Shown: positions 36,255 to 46,124 of the stretch, piece after piece
How the letters are laid out: every line of letters starts with the position of its first letter
Position numbering within the stretch: position 1 is the stretch's first letter
Assembly: GCA_945893085.1 (NCBI GenBank)
Contig: CAMDEB010000001.1
Coordinates: 1-62,704, forward strand
Length of the DNA: 62,704 nt
Reading direction: 5' to 3'
Source of the DNA: Rhodoplanes serenus
Lineage (GTDB): Bacteria; Pseudomonadota; Alphaproteobacteria; Rhizobiales; Xanthobacteraceae
Program-made: the position numbers and the translations under genes
The notes under the pieces: generated by a model
What the model was told of the DNA's origin: nothing
Seen by the model: only the letters and a program-made list of their open reading frames with translations
The model's database searches: none

Positions 36255-37285
36255 GCGGTGCTTCGATCCAGCCGGGGCCGACGGTGGCGCTTGCGGGGCT
36301 CGGACGCGTCGGAGCGCATGCTCCCGCGGTGAGCTTGCCCGATGGCCGTCCGGTGTTCCGCAATCATCTCGATGCCGTACAGGTCGCGGGCGGCCGCGTC
36401 GTGTCGCTGGTCGATCCGTCAGCGGAGCGGCGGAAGGAGGCGCGGTCGCGCCTGCCGGAATGTGCAATAATTTCGGAAGTCGCGACAATTGCCGAACTCA
36501 AGCCCGGCGGCGCGGACATTGTCACCCTTGCGACGCCGCCGTATGAGCGGCTGGATGCGCTGCGATCTGCGTTGGCGCTGCGGCCCAAGGCCATTCTGCT
36601 GGAAAAGCCGCTCTCGGACGGAGTGGCAAGCGGTGCCGAGCTGGTGCGGGCGGCCTCAGCGGCGAGTGTGCCGGTGTTCGTCGCCTACAACCGCAGGACC
36701 GATCCGGGCATGCGCGCCTTCGTGGATGGCCTTGCGGTCGAGGATGTCCGGCGGGCGGTGTTCTATTACGGCAGCGGGCTCACCAACTACGCGAGTCATG
36801 CGGTGGATAGTCTGCTTGCTTGGTTCGGGCCGGTGCGGTCGGTGCAGGCGATGCCGGACGGCCATTCTGGATCCGACCGCGGGTGCATCAGCTTCAACTG
36901 CATCACGGAGTCGGGCCTTACTGTGCATTTGATCGGGCTGCCGGACGTGAACTACGATGTGTTCGAGGCTGATATTTTCCTGGCCGATGCGCGCGTCGGC
37001 TACCGCAACAATGGCGCGGAGAAATTTCGATATGAGGCCCGTGGCGATCTCTATTATCCTGGCTATCCGGGCCTGGTCGAGGTTCCGCAGGGGATGGCGC
37101 GGCCGGTCGGGGGCTTTGTCGAAATGTACCGCGCGCTGTTTGCTGCAATCGAGTCCGGCGCGCCTGCGCCGCTGCTTTGCACCGTCGCGCAGGCCTTCGA
37201 CGTCCAGCGTGTGATCGACGCAGTAGTGCGTTCCGCAAAAGGCGGTGGCTGCATCGTGGCGCTTGGCCCTGCAAGCTCCCATTGA
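36251..37285 (+). CDS. Gfo/Idh/MocA family oxidoreductase
   Basis: GLGRVG, ATPP, LEKP, YNRR, GLTNYASH. Confidence 0.85.
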   Translation: MSGASIQPGPTVALAGLGRVGAHAPAVSLPDGRPVFRNHLDAVQVAGGRVVSLVDPSAERRKEARSRLPECAIISEVATIAELKPGGADIVTLATPPYERLDALRSALALRPKAILLEKPLSDGVASGAELVRAASAASVPVFVAYNRRTDPGMRAFVDGLAVEDVRRAVFYYGSGLTNYASHAVDSLLAWFGPVRSVQAMPDGHSGSDRGCISFNCITESGLTVHLIGLPDVNYDVFEADIFLADARVGYRNNGAEKFRYEARGDLYYPGYPGLVEVPQGMARPVGGFVEMYRALFAAIESGAPAPLLCTVAQAFDVQRVIDAVVRSAKGGGCIVALGPASSH

Positions 37286-37318
37286 ACCAGTCTGAATCAG
37301 TGCGAAGGAAGTCAGCTC

Positions 37319-38626
37319 ATGTCGAATGATTTGGCGGCATTATTGGGCGGTGCGCCAGTCCGCGACCAGCCGATGCCTGTCTATAACACGATCGGAGAGG
37401 AAGAGAAAAAGGCGGTGATGGAGGTGCTCGACAGCGGGGTGCTGTCCGGCTTCGCCGCCCAACCCAATGACGATCACCTCGGCGGTCCGGTGGTACGCGG
37501 TCTGGAAGACTCGTTCTGCACCACGTTCGGTACGCGCTACGCCATTGCTGTGAACTCGGCGACCTCGGCGCTGCATGCCGCGGTGTCCGCCATGAAGGTC
37601 GGTCCGGGCGATGAAGTGATCGTCCCGCCCTACACGATGACCGCGAGTGCCACGGCCGTGCTGTTCACAGGCGCGGTGCCGATCTTTGCCGACATCGATG
37701 ACGAGGTGTTCTGCCTCGATCCGCGTTCGGTCCAGGCGCGGATTACGCCGCGCACCAGGGGCGTGATGGCCGTCAATCTCTATGGTCATCCCGCGCCGCT
37801 GATCGAACTCAAGAAGCTTTGTGACCGGCACGGCCTGTTCCTGATCGAGGACAACGCGCAGGCGCCACTCGCCAAGATCGACGGCCGCTATGCTGGCACT
37901 ATCGGCGACGCTGGCATCTTCAGCATGAACCGCCACAAGGCGATGCAGGCCGGCGAGGGCGGCTTGGTGATCTGCAACGACCGTGAGATCGCGGAGCGAT
38001 GCCGCCTGATGCGCAACCACGGTGAGGTGCTGGTCGATGCATTCGGCATGGAAGACATCACCAACACCGTCGGGCTGAACTATCGCATCACCAACCTGAG
38101 CGCCGCGGTCGCCCGCGCGCAATTCGCCAAGCTGCCGGCGCTCACCGAACCGCGCGTGCGTCTCGCCGAGCGCCTGAGTAAGGGCCTTTCGCAAATCCCC
38201 GGCATCACCCCGCCGGTGGTGCGCGACGGCTGCACGCATGTCTATTATTTCTTCACGATGAAGTACGACGCCGAGGTGACCGGCCTGCCGCGCAAGCTGT
38301 TCACAGATGCGGTGCGGGCCGAAGGTTTTCCGATCAATCCTGGCTACGTGAAGCCGCTTTATCTCGAACCGATGTACCAGAAGCGCATCTGCTTCGGCTC
38401 CAACGGTGCGCCGTTCTCGTTCAATCCGCACATCGATGAGAACACCTACCGGCGCGGCATCTGCCCGGTGGTGGAGCGGCTCCAGGACAGCGACCTGATG
38501 TGGACCAACGTCACCTATCCGCCGCTGACCGAGAAGGATATGGACGCCTTTGTCGAAGCCTGCGCCAAGGTGATTCGCAACCGCGGCCGCCTGCTGGCCA
38601 AAGAGTGGAATAGTGCCGCGGAGTAA
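37319..38626 (+). CDS. DegT/DnrJ/EryC1/StrS family sugar aminotransferase
   Basis: NSATSAL, GPGDEVIVP, IEDNAQA, FSMNRHK (PLP Lys), GEGG, GLNYR. Confidence 0.93.
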   Translation: MSNDLAALLGGAPVRDQPMPVYNTIGEEEKKAVMEVLDSGVLSGFAAQPNDDHLGGPVVRGLEDSFCTTFGTRYAIAVNSATSALHAAVSAMKVGPGDEVIVPPYTMTASATAVLFTGAVPIFADIDDEVFCLDPRSVQARITPRTRGVMAVNLYGHPAPLIELKKLCDRHGLFLIEDNAQAPLAKIDGRYAGTIGDAGIFSMNRHKAMQAGEGGLVICNDREIAERCRLMRNHGEVLVDAFGMEDITNTVGLNYRITNLSAAVARAQFAKLPALTEPRVRLAERLSKGLSQIPGITPPVVRDGCTHVYYFFTMKYDAEVTGLPRKLFTDAVRAEGFPINPGYVKPLYLEPMYQKRICFGSNGAPFSFNPHIDENTYRRGICPVVERLQDSDLMWTNVTYPPLTEKDMDAFVEACAKVIRNRGRLLAKEWNSAAE

Positions 38627-39503
38627 GGCCCGGCACGCCGTTTTCGTCCTCGGCCAGCCCGGCGCGGTCGAATTCTTCGACCCGGTGCTGCCAGCGCTGC
38701 AAGAGCAAGGCTGGACGGTGACGGCGGCCGAAGGCTTCGATGCTCCCTCAAGCAACATCAGCGTCGTCGTGACCTCGACCTCCTACAAGCCCGCCGAGCG
38801 TGCAGCGCTAGAATGGGCGGCGGAGCGCGGCGTTCCGACGGTGCAGCTTATCGACTCCTGGTACGACTACCGTCGGCGCATCGAGATGACCAACGGACCG
38901 GGCGCGATGCCCGATGAAATCTGGGTTTTTGACGATGTCGCAAAGGCCGATGCCGTTTCCGAAGGGCTGCCGGGGGACCGCATCCGCGCCGTGGGCCATC
39001 CTGCGTGGGAAACTGTTGCTGCGCTGCCCCACGCTGCGGCCACGGAGGTACTGCTGATCGATCAGCCGGTGTCGTCGGACATGGGCGCGCGGCTCGGATA
39101 CACCGAGAAGGATTTTCTCGATCTCGTCCGGCGCGGCCTCGGCAAGAATTACCGCGCGACGCTGGCGCTCCATCCCCGCCGCTCCGTGGCCGATCCTTCG
39201 GATGGATTCCGGCTCTCGCGCGACCCCAGACAAGCAGTGAAAAGCAGCGGCGCCGTCATCGGCATGTTCTCATCGTTCCTGATCGAAGCCTTCCTTGCCG
39301 GCCGACGGGTCGTCTCGGTGCAGCCAAACGCGACGCGCGAGGACTTTTGCATCCTGAGCCGGCTCGGCCTCATTCCGCGCGTCACCGAGACAGCCGCGCT
39401 TGCGCCCGCTCTCGCTTCTGCAACCCCCGGTCCTCGTGGGTTCGACAGGCGCTTTGCGGGCAGCCGCGCGCGCATTCTCGAAGCCTTCGCCGAATACGCG
39501 TGA
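38613..39503 (+). CDS. Hypothetical protein, GT-B-like
   Basis: In-operon ORF overlapping both neighbours. Contains IDSWYDY, PDEIWV, VGHP, LHPR, GMFSSFLIEA. Confidence 0.65.
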   Translation: MPRSKARHAVFVLGQPGAVEFFDPVLPALQEQGWTVTAAEGFDAPSSNISVVVTSTSYKPAERAALEWAAERGVPTVQLIDSWYDYRRRIEMTNGPGAMPDEIWVFDDVAKADAVSEGLPGDRIRAVGHPAWETVAALPHAAATEVLLIDQPVSSDMGARLGYTEKDFLDLVRRGLGKNYRATLALHPRRSVADPSDGFRLSRDPRQAVKSSGAVIGMFSSFLIEAFLAGRRVVSVQPNATREDFCILSRLGLIPRVTETAALAPALASATPGPRGFDRRFAGSRARILEAFAEYA

Positions 39504-40231
39504 AGACCATCGGCTTGATTCAGGCGCGCATGGGCTCCATGCGCCTGCCGGGCAAGGTGATGCGGCCGCTCGCCGGAAGGCCGCTGGTTTGGCACATCCT
39601 CGACAGGCTTCGCCGCGTGGAGGATATTTCGCAAATCGTGCTTGCGACGACCGTCGCGCCTGAGAACGATCCGCTCGCGGCCTGGGGCGCGGGCGAGGGG
39701 CTGACCGTCGTGCGCCATCCAGTCGAGGACGATATCGCTGGCCGCCTCGCCATGGCGATTGACGCGACCGGCGCTGAGGTCATGGTCAAGATTAACGCCG
39801 ATTGTCCGCTAGTCGATCCGGGTGTCATCGCGTCAGCGCTGGCGCTGCTGCGGGCCGATCAAAATGCGGATGGCGTGACGAACAAGCTCAAGGCCACATA
39901 TCCGCTCGGGCTGAGCATCGAAGTTCTGCGGCGCAACGTCATCGATTGGTGCGACCGGAACCTCACGACGGCACAGGATCGCGAGCTCACGGTGAAATGG
40001 ATATTCGATCATCCCGAGCGGTTCCGGATTCTCTCGCTGGAAACAGATCAAAATGAGAGCCGCTACAATCTTACGGTCGATACGCCAGCCGATTATGCTT
40101 TGATATCGGATATCTTCGACAGTCTGTTCGTCGCCGGCCGGACCTTCGACTGGCGCGAGGTGCGGGCCAATCTGGAAAACCGCGCGTCCATTCCCGCCTG
40201 CGCCTATCTCGAATCGGTCGGCGCCTCATGA
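39500..40231 (+). CDS. spsF: SpsF-type cytidylyltransferase family protein 2
   Basis: IQARMGSMRLPGKVM, KINADCP, YPLGLSIE, LTVDTPAD. GTGA overlap with the previous gene. Confidence 0.9.
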   Translation: MKTIGLIQARMGSMRLPGKVMRPLAGRPLVWHILDRLRRVEDISQIVLATTVAPENDPLAAWGAGEGLTVVRHPVEDDIAGRLAMAIDATGAEVMVKINADCPLVDPGVIASALALLRADQNADGVTNKLKATYPLGLSIEVLRRNVIDWCDRNLTTAQDRELTVKWIFDHPERFRILSLETDQNESRYNLTVDTPADYALISDIFDSLFVAGRTFDWREVRANLENRASIPACAYLESVGAS

Positions 40232-41766
40232 ACAAGAAGAAGCCTTTGGTGTTCGCCGTCGTCGATCAGGCGGTGCGGAGCGCCTTTCATGCCGACCTGG
40301 CACGCTACCTGAATCGGACGCAGGGTGCGGTATTTCACCACTATGTACCCACTGACCACTCGTCGGACGCGAACCGCAAGCGGTACACAGATGCGTATGA
40401 ATCGTTCAACACCATCGACAAAGGTGAAACGCCTCCGGTCGAGCCGGCCGATGTGGAAGGGTTATTGCGTCGCGCGAAGTATTACGAGGAGCGCTACGGC
40501 GTTCCGCTCGGGTACTTCCGGATCATCGATCGCGCGATAGGGCTCGGCTTTTCGCTGGGCGGTTATTATCATCCACAATCTCGGGCTGCGGAACGGGCGT
40601 CGGAGTTCGCGGCGCTGGCGAACACCATCCGCGAGCTGGATTTCTGGGAAAAAGAAATCGCGGAGAAACAGATCGACGTTGTGATTAATGGCTTCTATTT
40701 CGAGTTTTTTCCAGCAAAGGCCCAGGGCAAGGGACTGCGCTCGATCATTTCCGCCCGCAACGAGAATTACTACTATTGGTCGGACACCTGTTTCGGCGAA
40801 CTGACCACGCTCGAAGCCACGCTCCAGCGGACTCTCGTGCCCACAGCATCGATCCAGCTCAACGATGCGCCCGTTCTTAACCGCAAACAGCTCAACGTCA
40901 TTGCCGGCCGCACGAAATTCTCCGACATGCTGGCGCGCATCGGTCGTCAACTCTACCGTTACGCATATTGGGCCTACAAAAGCCGGCTGGGCGACCACTA
41001 CCGGTTTAGCCTCGTGATCGGCTCGATCTGGCGCGAATGGCGGGTGTTGCGGGCCCTCGACCGCGAGAAACTTCCACGGCTGGCAGACATTGCCGGAAAG
41101 CCCTACGTCCTCTACGCGCTCCAGGTCGAGCCGGAATCGAATTTCCAAGGCTATTCGCCGGAATATTTCTACCAGCTCTCCGCGATCTCGTCGCTGGCGC
41201 GCGACATGCCCGCCGGGACCTGGCTGGTGGTCAAGGAGCATATGCCGGCCGCTGGCCGCCGGCCTGACCTTTTCCACGAGCAAATCAAGCTGTTCAAGAA
41301 TGTCATCTTTGTGGAACCACGCGAATCCGGGCTCGAACTCGTGCGCAACGCCCGCGCGGTTGCGACCATCACCGGGTCCGTCGGTCACGAGGCGGCGGTC
41401 ATGGGCAAGCCTGTCATCTCGTTCGGCCGCCACGCGCTCTACGGCATGCTGCCGCATGTCAAGGTGATCCGAGACGAAGCCGAGCTTTTTCCGGCCTTGA
41501 AATGGGCGCTGTCGGACAAGTTCGACGCGGCGCGTGCCAAAGAAAACGGGCAGCGCTATCTCGCCGCGTTCCGCGAGCATTGCTTTGCGATGGATGATTT
41601 TGGCTTTCACAATCCGCACGGCTATACTGAAGCCGCGGTGGCCGCAGCGGCCGATCAACTGATGCAAAGCATGCAGACGCCATCCAGGGTGGAGCCCGCC
41701 GCGGGCGACGCCGCGGCTTTTGCGGGGCTCGCGGCCGTCCGCAAGCAAGGGGCAGGGCTCGACTGA
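40228..41766 (+). CDS. Capsule_synth (KpsS/LipB-like) glycosyltransferase
   Basis: YALQVEPE, VVKEH, TITGSVGHEAAVMGKPVISFG resemble the KpsS/KpsC family C-terminal motifs. Confidence 0.75.
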   Translation: MNKKKPLVFAVVDQAVRSAFHADLARYLNRTQGAVFHHYVPTDHSSDANRKRYTDAYESFNTIDKGETPPVEPADVEGLLRRAKYYEERYGVPLGYFRIIDRAIGLGFSLGGYYHPQSRAAERASEFAALANTIRELDFWEKEIAEKQIDVVINGFYFEFFPAKAQGKGLRSIISARNENYYYWSDTCFGELTTLEATLQRTLVPTASIQLNDAPVLNRKQLNVIAGRTKFSDMLARIGRQLYRYAYWAYKSRLGDHYRFSLVIGSIWREWRVLRALDREKLPRLADIAGKPYVLYALQVEPESNFQGYSPEYFYQLSAISSLARDMPAGTWLVVKEHMPAAGRRPDLFHEQIKLFKNVIFVEPRESGLELVRNARAVATITGSVGHEAAVMGKPVISFGRHALYGMLPHVKVIRDEAELFPALKWALSDKFDAARAKENGQRYLAAFREHCFAMDDFGFHNPHGYTEAAVAAAADQLMQSMQTPSRVEPAAGDAAAFAGLAAVRKQGAGLD

Positions 41767-42438
41767 ATGTCGGAACCGCAAGTCGATTTCTCGCTGGTCA
41801 TCACAAACTACAACCGTGCCCGATTCATCGACCGGGCCATCCGTTCGTGTCTGATGCAACTCGTGTTTCGTCGGACGATCGAGGTGATCGTCGTGGACGA
41901 TCATTCGACCGACAATTCGCTGGATATACTCCAGGAGTTCACCAAGGATGTTCGGCTGTTTGTCAACGAGACCAACCGCGGAGTAGCCTATGCATCCAAT
42001 CTCGCGCTGAAGCACGCCCGCGGCCGCTACTGGATGCGGGTCGATGCCGATGACTTCCTCAACATGTACGCCTGCGCGTTTATGGCGGGCGTGCTCGACG
42101 AAAACGAAGACATTGATTTCGTCTATTGCGACCACTACCGCGTCGACGTTCGCGGCGTGAAAATCTCGAAGGTGCGGCTGGATAACGAAAACGCGCTATA
42201 TGACCACGGCGCGGGCATTCTGTTTCGCACGGGCAGGCTGCGAGAAATAGGTGGTTACGACGATGTCCTGCGAAACTGTGAGGACTACGACCTGCTCTAT
42301 AGGCTCAAGAAATCAGGCCGAAAAGGGTACTATTTGCCTGTACCGCTTTACCGGTATTACATTCACGGTGAAAACATCACATTGAGCGACGAGCGTCAGG
42401 CGTTTCGTAAAATCGTGGAAGCCAAACATGGGATTTGA
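41767..42438 (+). CDS. GT2 family glycosyltransferase
   Basis: ITNYN, VVDDHSTD, NRGVA, RVDADD, GGYD, EDYD. Confidence 0.92.
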   Translation: MSEPQVDFSLVITNYNRARFIDRAIRSCLMQLVFRRTIEVIVVDDHSTDNSLDILQEFTKDVRLFVNETNRGVAYASNLALKHARGRYWMRVDADDFLNMYACAFMAGVLDENEDIDFVYCDHYRVDVRGVKISKVRLDNENALYDHGAGILFRTGRLREIGGYDDVLRNCEDYDLLYRLKKSGRKGYYLPVPLYRYYIHGENITLSDERQAFRKIVEAKHGI

Positions 42439-43486
42439 GGTCGGGAAGGTCAAAGTCGGATCGGGGCGGACGGTCGTTATCGCCGAGGCTGGCGTCAATC
42501 ATCTCGGCCGCATGGATTATGCGGAGGAGCTGATCAAAACAGCCGCGCGCGCGGGCGCGGACATCGTCAAGTTCCAGACCTACAAGGCCTCGAAGCTCAC
42601 CACCCAGAACGCGCCGCGCTTCTGGAGCTGGGAAGGCGAAGTCAAGAGCAGCGGCTCGCAGTTCGATTCCTATGCCCGTCTCGACAGCTTTGAGCGCGAG
42701 CAATACATCGAGCTCATCAAGATCTGCAACAAGTATGGTGTCGAGTTCATGTCGACGCCGTTCGATTTCGAAGCCGCCGACATGCTTGCCGACATCGGCA
42801 TGAAGGGCTACAAGATCGCCTCCTGCGACCTCAACAACCTGCCGTTCCTCAAGCATATCGCGGCAAAGGGTTTGCCGATTATGCTATCCACGGGCGCGGC
42901 CGACATTGCTGAAATCCGCAAAGCCGTCGACGTCATCGAGGGCGAGGGCAATAGCAAGCTGTGCATCATGCACTGCACGCTGTGCTATCCGACAGATCCG
43001 AAGGATTCTAACCTCTCCGCGCTCAAGGACATTCACGAGCATTTCCCCGACTACGTTCTGGGGCTGAGCGATCATACGCTCGGCACCATCGTGCCGGCGG
43101 CCTCGGTGCTCTACGGCTCGAAGGTGATCGAAAAGCACTACACCTTTGACAAAACGCTGCCCGAAAGCGCCGACCACTGGCTCTCGCTCAATGAGAAGGA
43201 ACTGGCGGAGATGGTGCAGCAGATCCGCACGCTCGAGCAGGCTATCGGTGCCGGCCAGAAGGTCCGACTCGAATGCGAGATGCCGGCCTTCAAATATGCC
43301 CGCCGCAGCGTCGTGGCGGCCCATCCCATCACCATGGGGGCCGTCATCACCCGCGACATGCTGACAGCCAAGCGCCCGGGAACCGGTCTGCCTCCGGAGT
43401 TCATCGACCGCCTCGTCGGCGCGGTCGCGGTGCGCGACATCGACGCGGACACGCTGCTTCAGCTCGACGACATCCGGGCCGGCTGA
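42428..43486 (+). CDS. neuB: NeuB-family nonulosonic acid synthase 3
   Basis: IAEAGVNH, VKFQTY, STPFD, KIASCD, MHCTLCYP, GLSDHT, IEKHYT, RRSVVA, KRPGTG. Confidence 0.95.
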   Translation: MGFEVGKVKVGSGRTVVIAEAGVNHLGRMDYAEELIKTAARAGADIVKFQTYKASKLTTQNAPRFWSWEGEVKSSGSQFDSYARLDSFEREQYIELIKICNKYGVEFMSTPFDFEAADMLADIGMKGYKIASCDLNNLPFLKHIAAKGLPIMLSTGAADIAEIRKAVDVIEGEGNSKLCIMHCTLCYPTDPKDSNLSALKDIHEHFPDYVLGLSDHTLGTIVPAASVLYGSKVIEKHYTFDKTLPESADHWLSLNEKELAEMVQQIRTLEQAIGAGQKVRLECEMPAFKYARRSVVAAHPITMGAVITRDMLTAKRPGTGLPPEFIDRLVGAVAVRDIDADTLLQLDDIRAG

Positions 43487-43497
43487 CGCCTCGCAGC

Positions 43498-44208
43498 ATG
43501 GCGCGTCCACGAACCGTCGCCATCGTCCAGGCGCGGATGAACTCCCAACGATTCCCCGGCAAGATGATGGAGCCGCTAGAAGGCTCGCCCGCCATCGAGT
43601 GGGTGTTGCATCGGACGGCAAAGGCCGCATTGGTGGATGACGTGGTGCTGGCGACGACGGCGGACCCGCTCGACGATCCGCTCGCCATGACGGCGGAGCG
43701 GCTCGGCATCCGGGTGTTCCGCGGCAGCGAAGCCGACGTACTTGGGCGTTACGCCCGCGCGGCGGAGATGTCGGCGGCGGAAACGGTCGTTCGCATCTGC
43801 GCCGATCGGCCGCTGGTGGATCCGAATGTGGTCGACCTCGCTGTACGAACCTTCCATGAGCACAAGCCGGACCTTGCCTTCAATCATATCTCCGATCCGG
43901 CCGCGCGATGGCCTCGGGGCTTCGGCGCGGAGGTGCTTTCGGCCTCGTTGCTGGCGTGGATGGACAAGAACGCTATGGCGCCAGACGAACGCGAGCACGT
44001 TACGATTTATGCCTGGAAGCATCGCGACCGCTATCGCATCAGCCCAGCAGAATGTCCGCCGGCACTCGATCCTGGCATTCCGGACCTGAAGCTCGATCTC
44101 GACACGCCTGAAGATCTGCATCGGCTGAAAATTCTTTGCGCTGGCGAAACCATCGATGTGCCGGCCGAGCGAATCGTCGCGCGCTGGCGCGAGATCAGGC
44201 CCGCCTGA
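43498..44208 (+). CDS. spsF: SpsF-type cytidylyltransferase family protein 3
   Basis: IVQARMNSQRFPGKMM, RGSEADVLGRY, RICADRP, REHVT, DLDTPED. Confidence 0.9.
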   Translation: MARPRTVAIVQARMNSQRFPGKMMEPLEGSPAIEWVLHRTAKAALVDDVVLATTADPLDDPLAMTAERLGIRVFRGSEADVLGRYARAAEMSAAETVVRICADRPLVDPNVVDLAVRTFHEHKPDLAFNHISDPAARWPRGFGAEVLSASLLAWMDKNAMAPDEREHVTIYAWKHRDRYRISPAECPPALDPGIPDLKLDLDTPEDLHRLKILCAGETIDVPAERIVARWREIRPA

Positions 44209-44227
44209 GGGCGGATCGTCACCAGTC

Positions 44228-45088
44228 ATGTCCGCGATCAATCTAGCTGCACGCCTGCTGCGGCGCCTTGAGCGGCTGACGATGGGCCGCCGTGCCTACA
44301 AATGGATCGTGCGCGATTGGTTGCCGCCGGGCGACCTTCGGGCCGCTTCGGCCGTGCTCGGCACGATGCGGTTTATCCGCCAGATCGAGCCGCAGCCGAT
44401 GGCGGGACCGGCGGCGCGCGATATCTTGGTGCTCGCGCCGCACCCTGACGATGAGGTCATCGGGCCCGGCGGTACGCTGATCCGCGCCGCGCGCGCAGGT
44501 CAGAAGGTGAGCGTCCTATTCGTGACCTCCGGCAAGGGCGAGGAAGCGGCCGAGCGTGTCGCCGAGGCTCGCATGTGTTGCGCCTCATTGGGCTTCGAGG
44601 CGACGTATCTTGGTGGCATCGCGGGACAAATTGGTATTCTCGATCCGGCAAGGGCAATCGCCGAAGTGGTTGCTCGCATTCGTCCCGGCGCGATCTTCGT
44701 GCCGTTTGTTCTCGATGACCACGCCGACCATCGCCGCGTTAATGAAGTGCTGCTGCATGCGCTTGCCGGCGCCAAGAGCGCGGATGCGGAAATCTGGGCC
44801 TACCAAGTTTATTCGCCGCTGCCAGGCAATGTCGTGGTCGATGTGACTGATGTGATCGGCGCCAAGGCTGATGCGATTCGAATTTACCGTTCGCAAATGG
44901 CGCATCGCGACTGGGCGCATTTCGCGCTCGGTCTCAACGCATTCAATTGCCGGCTGCTGCAGGGCGTTGGCGGCGCACGCTATGCTGAAAGCTTCTTCGT
45001 CGTGCCAAGCGGAGAGTACGTCGAAATTTGTCGCCAATACTTCCGTCTGGCGGACACTTATCCCGGCGTCGCCAATGCCCGGCAATGA
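44228..45088 (+). CDS. PIG-L/LmbE family N-deacetylase 2
   Basis: APHPDDEVIGPGG, DDHADH, YRSQ, AESF. Confidence 0.9.
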   Translation: MSAINLAARLLRRLERLTMGRRAYKWIVRDWLPPGDLRAASAVLGTMRFIRQIEPQPMAGPAARDILVLAPHPDDEVIGPGGTLIRAARAGQKVSVLFVTSGKGEEAAERVAEARMCCASLGFEATYLGGIAGQIGILDPARAIAEVVARIRPGAIFVPFVLDDHADHRRVNEVLLHALAGAKSADAEIWAYQVYSPLPGNVVVDVTDVIGAKADAIRIYRSQMAHRDWAHFALGLNAFNCRLLQGVGGARYAESFFVVPSGEYVEICRQYFRLADTYPGVANARQ

Positions 45089-46124
45089 TACGACAGTTCA
45101 CGAAGCGCAGGATTCCGACGCTGCAGCTTGGAATGCCTTTATCGACGCATCTGCGGAAGCGTCGCCACTGGCGCGCTACGAATGGCGCGACGTCTTGCGC
45201 GAAAGCTACAATCTCAAGACGCACTATTTTATCGCCGAACGAGATGGGCGGGTTGCCGGAACGCTTGCGGCGTATGAAACGAAGGGCATTCTCGGAGAAA
45301 AAAGTTTTTATTCCGTGCGCGGCGGCTTCGTGCCGGGGGACGCAGCGGCCGGTTCCGCATTGCTGGATCGCATCCAGCGATCTGGCGAAATCGCCTTCTG
45401 GAGCCGCTGCGTTGTGGGCTCCGGCTGGACGCCCTTATCGGACCGCGAACCGAGCCAGGTCCGATCCACTGTGCAGCTCACCGTCGAGGGCGATCCCGAC
45501 CGGATCTGGTCCAATCTGCGCGACAAGGCGCGGAACATGATACGCCGCGCCGAGAAGGAGCAATTGCGGGTCGTTTCAGGACTCGATCAGGTGGGCATTC
45601 TTGCTGAGCAATATCAGAGTAACATGCTTCGGCTCGGTGTTCCAATCCACTCGCGGCGCTACTTTCAAAGTGCCGTCCAACACCTTCGGGCGCATTCAGA
45701 GATTCTTGTCGCATGGCGCGAGCGGACGCCTATTGCAAGCATGCTGTTGCACTACGGGCGGGACGTGGCCTGTTATCCGGTGCAGAATGCGGTTCTCGAG
45801 TATCGCGCCTTGGCGCCGGTTCAGTTGCTGATCTGGCACGCTATGAAGTGCTGCGCCGCCCGCAACATCCGCCTGCTCGACATGGGTGAGTCGCGGCAGG
45901 CAAGCCCCGTGTTCCAATCCAAGGTCAATTTCGGCGGCACGCCGCGCGACGTGTTCTATTACGAACTGCCACCGGCAACCGGACATCGTGCGCCGGGTGG
46001 AGTGCTCGCGCAAACCCTGCGGCGCGGCGCCCATGTGGCTGACACTTGGCTGGCGAGCCGGTCTCCTCTGTCGCTGCGCCGCCGGTTCGCGCAGAAGTCT
46101 CTGGCACGCGGGCGGGTGATGTGA
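45075..46124 (+). CDS. FemAB-like tandem GNAT protein
   Basis: WNAFI, two-GNAT length (~350 aa), KARNMIRRAEK, NMLRLGVP, LLIWH, LDMGES, KVNFGG resemble the FemAB-related proteins of EPS loci. Confidence 0.75.
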   Translation: MPGNDTTVHEAQDSDAAAWNAFIDASAEASPLARYEWRDVLRESYNLKTHYFIAERDGRVAGTLAAYETKGILGEKSFYSVRGGFVPGDAAAGSALLDRIQRSGEIAFWSRCVVGSGWTPLSDREPSQVRSTVQLTVEGDPDRIWSNLRDKARNMIRRAEKEQLRVVSGLDQVGILAEQYQSNMLRLGVPIHSRRYFQSAVQHLRAHSEILVAWRERTPIASMLLHYGRDVACYPVQNAVLEYRALAPVQLLIWHAMKCCAARNIRLLDMGESRQASPVFQSKVNFGGTPRDVFYYELPPATGHRAPGGVLAQTLRRGAHVADTWLASRSPLSLRRRFAQKSLARGRVM

